DNA from: an uncultured Gemmatimonadaceae bacterium
GTDB taxonomy: Bacteria > Gemmatimonadota > Gemmatimonadetes > Gemmatimonadales > Gemmatimonadaceae
Reading direction: 5' to 3'
DNA length: 64,000 bases
Assembly: GCA_963740355.1 (NCBI GenBank)
Contig: CAVUDW010000002.1
Coordinates: forward strand, 896,001 to 960,000
The position numbers were made by a program, and so were the translations under genes. Position 1 is the stretch's first letter, and each line of letters begins with the position of its first letter. The notes below the pieces were generated by a model, which ran no database searches, was not told the DNA's origin, and saw nothing but the letters and a program-made list of their open reading frames with translations. Positions 57,274 through 64,000 of the stretch are shown piece after piece.

Positions 57274-59607
57274 CTAGATGCCCACGTTCACTCGCAGTTG
57301 CACACTGCGCGGCCGCCCAACCGACGCACCGCTGAAGAACGCACCCTTCAGCAGGTAGCGCGAATCGAACAGGTTGTCCACGAACAACTCTGGCCGCAGT
57401 GTCACGCCACCGCTGGTGAAGCTGTAGCCGGTGCTGAGGCCAGCGACGAAGTTCGGCTTCACCTTGATGCCCTTGTTGAACGCGAACAAGCCGGTGCCGA
57501 ACGAACAGCCGCAATCCGCCGGGTCGACGCCATTGGTCAGGCCGCTGCCGTAGGTGCCGGTGACGCTCGCAAAGAAGGCGCCCTTCGAGTAGACGGTGTT
57601 GCCGCTGATCGAGACGCGCTGGTCGTGATCGAGGTCGAATTTTCCGTCCGGTGAATCCGTCGGGAAGAAGCCGCCGGTGATGGTGCCGAATCCGTAGGCG
57701 TGATTGATCGCGAGATTGACGTTCGCCGTGAGTGGGCCCTTGGGCCGGATTTCCACCACAGCCTCGAGACCGGTGATGCGCACCTGCTCGATGTTCACCG
57801 CCGTCACGATTGCGGAGCCGGGCACGGTGTTGTCGTCGATGCCAGGAGAGCTCTCCTTGTAGTAGCCGGAAAGCTTGGTCACGACGCCGATCGGGAAGCG
57901 GTGGATGAAGCCCATCTCGTAGAAGTGATCACGCTCGGGCAGCGTCGGCAATGCGGTCACACCAGCCTGCGCCACGCTGGTGATGGCACGGAGGTCTTCC
58001 ACGTTGGTCGGCACGAACAGGCGACCGTAGAAGAGGTAAAGGGTGTTGGCTGCATCGAAGAACAGGTTCAGTCGCACGCGCGGGCTGACCTGCGACTGCG
58101 TCCCTGCGAACGGCGCCGTATGGGCATCGTACCGAATGCCCGTGCGCAGCTCCACATGTTCGTTCGGCGCCAGCGCTGTTTGCGCGTACACGCCTACGTC
58201 GCTGCCAGACAGGTTCGAGTTGGACGCCGGCCCGAACTGGCCCTGCGCATTCGAGGTCAGGAAGTCTTCCTGGCCGGTGGTGAACTGCGTCAACAGGCCG
58301 GTCCGGAATTCGACTTTCTCGCTGGTGCGCTTGGTGAAATCGATCTTCGCGCCGACCGACGTGAAGTTCCGATTCTCGCTCAGGTTGTAGCGATTCGTGT
58401 CGGGAAAGAAGACGAACTGCGGATCGTTGGTGAGCCCTGGGGCGTATTTCAGGCTGCCGTAGCGATAGAACGCCCCGGCGAAGAACTCACCGCCGTGGTG
58501 TGACTTGCCGTCCGCATCCGTGGTTGGCTCGAAGTGGTGCCGCCAGCCGAGGTTGAGGAAGGTGTTGACGTCCGTCTGGCGATCATCCGCGCTGTTGCCG
58601 CCGGCAGAATCGAATGGCACCTGGAACTTCGTTCGTGTCCAGTTGCCCTCGAGATTCACCACGTCCGTGCCCGACGGGTTCCACTGCACCTTGCCGAAGC
58701 CGAACAGGTCCTCGCCATGATTGTGGAAGTTGTACGGACGAAAGGTCACCGTATCGAAGGCCACGGGCTCGCGCCGCATGTCGCTCACCTGCCGCGAGAG
58801 CGCACCGAAGAAGCCGACGGTCCCCTTGTTCGCGCTCGCATTCAGCGACTGACCGCTGGTGTTGAAGCTGCCGCCGAATCCTGATGCATTGAGATGAAAG
58901 TCGCCGACCGGGATCTTGGTCGTGACTTCGATCACGGCGGCGTTCTTGTTGCCGAACTCCGCGTCCCAGCCACCGGTCTTGAAGTTGATCGAGTTCACGA
59001 TCGCGGGGTCGAACAGCTCGTTGAGACTGCCCGACACGCCACTTGGCACCGGCACTCCATCGAGGAAGTACGTGTACTCCGCATGTTGCCCGCGGATGTG
59101 CACTTCACCGGTCGGCGCCCGCACGGCGCCGGCCACCGATTGCTGGATCAGCTGTGACGAGGTTGTCGTGGGCGACGAGTGTGATCGATTCTGGTCGAAT
59201 GATTGCTCGCCGGTGCGCGTGTCGACGGCAATCGGTGCTCCTGCCGTCACCGAAACGCCGGTCAGCTCGAGTGCGACTGCCGCCAATCGCACTCGCAATT
59301 CGATGTCCCTGTCAGCCACGGGAATCGACCGCTCGAACGGGCGGAAGCCGAGCACGCGTACACGCACGGTGTACGTACCCGTCGGCAGGTGATGCGCACG
59401 AAAGTGTCCGAAGGCGTCGGTCAGCGTGCTGATCACGACGCGATCGCCACTCTGCACCGTGACCTGCGCCGACGCGATCGGTGCGCCACGCAAGCTGTCG
59501 GTGACGGTTCCAAACACGTCGCCGCTGACGACGGCAGACGCCGTGCTACTGGCCACGGCCAGCGCCAGCGCCACCGATGCCGCGCGGCAGATCGTGAAGA
59601 TTTTCAT
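57274..59607 (-). CDS. TonB-dependent outer-membrane receptor with N-terminal carboxypeptidase-regulatory-like domain
   Basis: Signal peptide, plug HIRG...LDGVP, GGWDAEFGN, beta-barrel, NLFD...GRPRSVQLRVNVGI end. Confidence 0.88.
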   Translation of the reverse strand: MKIFTICRAASVALALAVASSTASAVVSGDVFGTVTDSLRGAPIASAQVTVQSGDRVVISTLTDAFGHFRAHHLPTGTYTVRVRVLGFRPFERSIPVADRDIELRVRLAAVALELTGVSVTAGAPIAVDTRTGEQSFDQNRSHSSPTTTSSQLIQQSVAGAVRAPTGEVHIRGQHAEYTYFLDGVPVPSGVSGSLNELFDPAIVNSINFKTGGWDAEFGNKNAAVIEVTTKIPVGDFHLNASGFGGSFNTSGQSLNASANKGTVGFFGALSRQVSDMRREPVAFDTVTFRPYNFHNHGEDLFGFGKVQWNPSGTDVVNLEGNWTRTKFQVPFDSAGGNSADDRQTDVNTFLNLGWRHHFEPTTDADGKSHHGGEFFAGAFYRYGSLKYAPGLTNDPQFVFFPDTNRYNLSENRNFTSVGAKIDFTKRTSEKVEFRTGLLTQFTTGQEDFLTSNAQGQFGPASNSNLSGSDVGVYAQTALAPNEHVELRTGIRYDAHTAPFAGTQSQVSPRVRLNLFFDAANTLYLFYGRLFVPTNVEDLRAITSVAQAGVTALPTLPERDHFYEMGFIHRFPIGVVTKLSGYYKESSPGIDDNTVPGSAIVTAVNIEQVRITGLEAVVEIRPKGPLTANVNLAINHAYGFGTITGGFFPTDSPDGKFDLDHDQRVSISGNTVYSKGAFFASVTGTYGSGLTNGVDPADCGCSFGTGLFAFNKGIKVKPNFVAGLSTGYSFTSGGVTLRPELFVDNLFDSRYLLKGAFFSGASVGRPRSVQLRVNVGI

Positions 59608-59734
59608 GATGGGTGTGGTTACGACGCAGCCACGGCTCGGCGTCCCGCATGCTGGATGCGGGACATGGCGCGGGTGCTGCGAACTGGACGTCGATGCGTT
59701 ACGAGCAAAAGTGCGCGCAACGTCGTGCAACGAC

Positions 59735-60079
59735 TCAGCTCAGCGGTGGCCCGCGGGGTCGGGCGGTGACACTGACGATAGCACGAGATGCGCGTTCGAC
59801 GCTCGACGGCGTGATCGTGCCTGCCGCACGGAGCACATCCGCCGGCGCCGGTACATCGATTGTCGGCACACAGTGCGCTGCGAACTCGCACAGCGCACAC
59901 ATGTCGGGATGCACTGGAATGCAGTGCTCTTCCGAATGCGATTCAACGTGGACCGGCGTGCGAGCCTGCAGGTCCTGTGCGCGCCATGCATCCGCGACCG
60001 ACGCAATGCCTGGCATCGCCATCTGCAACATGGCGAAGAACAGGACGAGGCTGCGGTAGAGCCGGGAACGCGGTGCCAC
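59735..60079 (-). CDS. DUF2946/CruR-like leader protein (TM/signal, His-rich, CxxC, C-terminal RGPP)
   Basis: LVLFFAMLQMAMPG...HVESHSEEHC..H...CALC...RPRGPPLS-stop, 127 bp upstream of the TBDR; start estimated at GTG 60079. Confidence 0.75.
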   Translation of the reverse strand: MAPRSRLYRSLVLFFAMLQMAMPGIASVADAWRAQDLQARTPVHVESHSEEHCIPVHPDMCALCEFAAHCVPTIDVPAPADVLRAAGTITPSSVERASRAIVSVTARPRGPPLS

Positions 60080-60264
60080 GGAAATCAGGAAGTGGTCTGC
60101 GAGGAACGCGTCGGAACAGCCGGGCTTGGAGCGCGACGAGAGCGAGGCCGCGGGCGATACTGCCCGTCTCCATGCTAACGCGGGCCACAAGGAACCCGTT
60201 GGCCGGCGCCGCTCGTCATACCGGCCTGCCTTGCCTCCGACCGTCCCCCCTGAATGCCGCCCCG

Positions 60265-61972
60265 CTAGCCGTCCAGAGCCGCCACCCGCTTCTCGGCCTT
60301 GAGCAGCCAGAAGATCGTCAGGAAGCTGCACAGCCCAAGTCCAAACACCGCCCCGCGCAGGAACCGCCACCAGTTCAGTGGTTCGTGATACGCGATGCTC
60401 CGGGCATACCAGTACATCGCCGGCGCCATGGCCAGCGCCACCACCATCGTCAACATGCCCGCTGAGAGCAGGAAGAGGATGCCCTGCCAGGTGACGGTCT
60501 GGTTCACCGCCGTCTCGGCATCGAAGCGAGGGTCGATCGAGCCGATGTAGAGCGCCAGCGCTGCCTGCGCGAACATCAGCGATGCCACCGCCATCATCGA
60601 GAGCGCCGTCACGATCGGTGCCGTGCGCAACAGCAGCGAGGTGAGCCCAACGATGCCCACCGCCACCAGCGCCAGCGGCCCGGTGGCAGCCCAGTACTTG
60701 GCGAAGATGATGTCGCGGATGCGCACCGGTGCCGCACGCAGCAGCCACCACATCGTGCCCTCAGCCGCAATCGTCGGCAGCACCAGGCGCGACGTCACCG
60801 CGGCCAGCACCATGCCCGCCAGGCCAACGTTCACGACCGGCAGGATGCTCGTCACTAGCTGCGGCATCGCCCCACCACCCGTCGGCAACACGCTCACACC
60901 CACGACGTAGACCAGCACCAGCGGGATCAACAGCACGAACTGCGACCAGAGCGCGGCGTCGCGTCCCAGTAGGCGCATTTCCTTCAGCAGCAGCTCGCGA
61001 CGCGCGGGCGTCAAGCCGGCCAGCATCAGGTGGAAGGGCTTGGTGATGATCGACGGCGGATGATCGCTGCGGCCCGCGGATCGCACGGCGGAGATGCCCC
61101 GCGCGTAGAGCAGGCGGAAGCTGCCGTATGCGGTGCCCAGGGCGACTGTCGCCAGCAGCCAGAGCCACGCCAGGGGGGCCGGGTCCCAGAAGCCATCGAG
61201 CCAGTTCTTCAACACACGCGCGGCCCACTCGGTCGGCAGCCAGGGTGCCAGCGGCACGTCGAGCATCTTCACCACTTCGCCGATCGCTTTCGTGCCAAGC
61301 TGCGTCAAATGCGCAGGTTCTATCGCGCCGCATCACGTAGATCGCGCCGACACAGAGCCCAAGGCCGATGATGCGGAAGGCCAGCTGTGCACGGGTTGGC
61401 GGCACGAACGCGACCAGCAGGTACACGGCAATGCAGCCGAGCGACGTTGCGGTGAGCCAGAGCGGAAGCCAGGCCGCAAACGCCACCAGTGGCCAGAGAA
61501 TGCCTCCGCCAAAGGCGAAGCCGTACCCAGCCAGCAGCGGCACCACCAGCAGCATCGCAATCGCGCCGCCTTCCACCACGACCTGGAGAAATCGCGAGAT
61601 GAAGAAAGTCGATTGTGGAATCGGGGCCGCGGCGAGCAACTCGAGGTCGCGCGACAAGAAGAACGCCGGCAGCGCCGTCACGATGCAGCTGAGCACCAGC
61701 ACCGATCCAATGCTGAGCAACGACATCGCCAGCACGCGACCGGCAATCGCGGTGCCGATGGAGTCCACGCTCATCAGGTAGTTCAGCACCAGCAGTACGA
61801 TCACGGTGCCGCCTGCCCAAGTCACGCCAAGCGCCGTCAGGATGCCGAGCGGGCCCACTGCGCCTTGCACCTGCCGCTGTCGCCAGAGCGGCTTGAGCAG
61901 GGTGCTGAGTGAGACGGAGTGGAAAGACGAGGGCGGCACCGCGGCTTCCGGTGCGGCAAGAAACTCAGACAC
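60265..61972 (-). CDS. ABC transporter permease, split by a 1-bp frameshift near 61329
   Basis: Multi-TM halves in ORFs 60761-61972 and 60265-61308; removing one base joins ...YVMR to AIEPAHLTQLG... Confidence 0.75.
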
Positions 61973-62723
61973 TCAGCACCTCGGCCACATCGCGCGAGGC
62001 CGGTTCACCGGTCAGATGCAGGAAGAGCTGTTCCAGCGGCGCATCGGGCATGCGCAGCCAGGTGCGCAGCTCAGGCACCGTGCCGGACGCCACCAGCTTG
62101 CCACGCTTCATGATCCCGATGCGATCGCAGGTCCCTTCAACCGTTTCCAACGTGTGCGTGGACATCAGCACCGAGTTGCCGCGCGCAGCATAGGCGCGCA
62201 GCATGTCCTTCAGCACGCGAGCGCCTCGCGGATCGAGGCCCACCAACGGTTCGTCCACCATCAGGACTTTCGGTCGATGCAGCACCGCCGCTGACAGCAG
62301 CAGTTTCTGGCGCATGCCGTGGCTGTATTGCTCCACCAGCTCGTGCTGCCATGAGGTGAGCTCGAAGAGTTCAAGCAACTCGGCCGCGCGTGCCTCGACC
62401 GCCTTCCACTGCAGCCCGTAGAGTGAGGCCGAGAAGCGCAGGAATTCGGTGCCGGTGAGCTTGTCGTAGACGTAGGGACGGTCGGGCACGAAGGCGAGGT
62501 GCCGCTTGGCATCGACCGAGTGTGTGCGCATGTCGATACCGGCCACGCGGACCAGTCCCTTGTCGGCACGGAGGATCCCAGCCAGCATCTTCAGCGTGGT
62601 GGTCTTTCCGGCGCCGTTGGCTCCCAGAAATCCGAAGACCTCGCCCGCCTGCACGGTTAGGTCGAGCCCCTCGACGGCGGTGAAGTCGCCATATCGCTTC
62701 GTGACGCCCTGCAATTCGATCAT
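61965..62723 (-). CDS. ABC transporter ATP-binding protein
   Basis: GANGAGKTT, YSHGMRQK, VDEP, STH. Confidence 0.92.
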   Translation of the reverse strand: MIELQGVTKRYGDFTAVEGLDLTVQAGEVFGFLGANGAGKTTTLKMLAGILRADKGLVRVAGIDMRTHSVDAKRHLAFVPDRPYVYDKLTGTEFLRFSASLYGLQWKAVEARAAELLELFELTSWQHELVEQYSHGMRQKLLLSAAVLHRPKVLMVDEPLVGLDPRGARVLKDMLRAYAARGNSVLMSTHTLETVEGTCDRIGIMKRGKLVASGTVPELRTWLRMPDAPLEQLFLHLTGEPASRDVAEVLSV

Positions 62724-62992
62724 TCGACGGACTCGGATGAGATGGGTGGAACCCGCCGATCGAGCCGGATTCCGACGCGTGTCTTCAGACTGTTCAGTCG
62801 ACCCTGCGGTCACTTCATCGACGAGCCGACCGGCGGGCGGTTCTGTCCCTGCATCCGTTTGCGCGTCGACCCCGGACTCGGGTGAAAATGTCGTCCAGTT
62901 GTCGCTCGCACTGCGCTTGGACCGCCAGTCCGCGCTCCCGGCTGACCGGCTGGGTTGAATGCGCCGCCCGGACCGGCGACCTTCCCATGCTT

Positions 62993-64000
62993 ATGGCAGA
63001 AGATGCACTGATCATACGCGGGGCCCGGGAGCACAACCTCCGGAACATCGACGTCACGATCCCCCGGAACAAACTCACGGTCATCACTGGCCTGTCGGGC
63101 TCCGGGAAGTCGTCACTGGCGTTCGACACCATCTATGCCGAGGGCCAGCGACGCTACGTCGAAAGCCTCTCGGCCTATGCTCGACAGTTCCTCGGCCTGA
63201 TGGAGAAGCCGGACGTCGACTCGATCGAGGGGCTGAGCCCGGCAATCTCGATCGAGCAGAAGACGGCCGGCCACAACCCCCGCTCTACGGTCGGGACCGT
63301 CACCGAGGTCTACGACTACCTCCGCCTGCTCTGGGCGCGTGCCGGCGTGCCGCACTGCCCGAATTGTGGTCGGGCTGTCCAGCGTCAGAGCGCGGCCCAG
63401 ATCACCGATGTGGTGCTGCTGGGCAATCAGGGCACCAAGCTGGAGGTGCTGGCCCCGCTGGTTCGCGGCCGGAAGGGTGAGTTCCGCGAGCTGTTCGAGG
63501 CGGCCCGGAAGCAGGGCTTCGTGCGCGCCTGGGTGGACGGTGAGGTGATCGAGCTGGCCGACCCGCCGAAGCTCAATCGTCGCATGAATCACGACGTGAG
63601 TGTGATCGTCGATCGCCTGGTGCTCAAGGCCGACGACCGCGGCCGTCTCGCCGACTCGATCGAAACGGCGCTCAAGCTGGCCGACGGCATGGTCGAGGTG
63701 GTGTCGCTGGTGAGCGGTGCGCGCGAAAGTGCGATGTTCAGCGAGCGATATGGCTGCCCGCACTGCGGCATCTCGCTGCCGGAGATGGAGCCGCGTCACT
63801 TCTCGTTCAATTCGCCATTTGGCGCCTGCCCGACCTGCAGCGGCCTGGGCGTGAAGCGCATGGTGAACGAGGAACTGATCCTCGGCGACCCGTCGCTCAC
63901 GCTGCTGGAAGGTGTCGTGCTGCCGTGGGGCGAACCGGACGGCTACCTGCGCAAGGTGATCCTGCCGGGCCTCGCCGAGGCGCTGCAGTTCGACCTCAAG
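62993..64000 (+). CDS. uvrA: Excinuclease ABC subunit A, 3' truncated by window edge (not in the ORF track)
   Basis: [19 protein letters not shown]...[29 protein letters not shown]; zinc finger CPHCG...[13 protein letters not shown]. Confidence 0.96.
   Translation, partial: MAEDALIIRGAREHNLRNIDVTIPRNKLTVITGLSGSGKSSLAFDTIYAEGQRRYVESLSAYARQFLGLMEKPDVDSIEGLSPAISIEQKTAGHNPRSTVGTVTEVYDYLRLLWARAGVPHCPNCGRAVQRQSAAQITDVVLLGNQGTKLEVLAPLVRGRKGEFRELFEAARKQGFVRAWVDGEVIELADPPKLNRRMNHDVSVIVDRLVLKADDRGRLADSIETALKLADGMVEVVSLVSGARESAMFSERYGCPHCGISLPEMEPRHFSFNSPFGACPTCSGLGVKRMVNEELILGDPSLTLLEGVVLPWGEPDGYLRKVILPGLAEALQFDLK

Noticed and set aside
60080..60751. N-terminal 224 codons of the 338-aa ORF 59735-60751
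   Set aside because: Mostly overlaps the ABC permease in another frame; only the last ~114 codons look like a real protein.

Overview
GC-rich, densely coding bacterial chromosomal window. The gene content and the short 647-aa GyrB, which lacks the alpha/beta/gamma-proteobacterial insertion, point to a non-proteobacterial host, most likely Gemmatimonadota (inference, not verified by search). Housekeeping genes: HerA-like ATPase/sbcD/sbcC, ligA, pdp, gyrB, dciA, recF, mtnA, glpK, ccmE/F/H, uvrA. The standout is a complete, stand-alone purple-bacterial LH2 antenna operon (pucB-pucA-pucC, Rubrivivax-like, B800-850 signature residues) with tandem PpsR boxes and an intercistronic hairpin. Other highlights: a stand-alone A-T-KS-AT-ACP-aminotransferase NRPS/PKS with no release domain; a DUF2946/CruR-like CxxC...RGPP leader ORF in front of a TonB-dependent receptor; a PTPS-II/FolE/SDR operon suggesting tetrahydrobiopterin synthesis; a 6S-like rod RNA; an orphan pilin coupled to an HD-GYP phosphodiesterase; a CxxxY-type CcmE with a Tat-signal CcmH-like protein; and a ~15 kb accessory block between dciA and gyrB. 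ligA and an ABC permease each carry a 1-bp frameshift, probably sequencing errors. No CRISPR array, tRNA, rRNA or transposase was seen. All family assignments come from motif recognition by eye.
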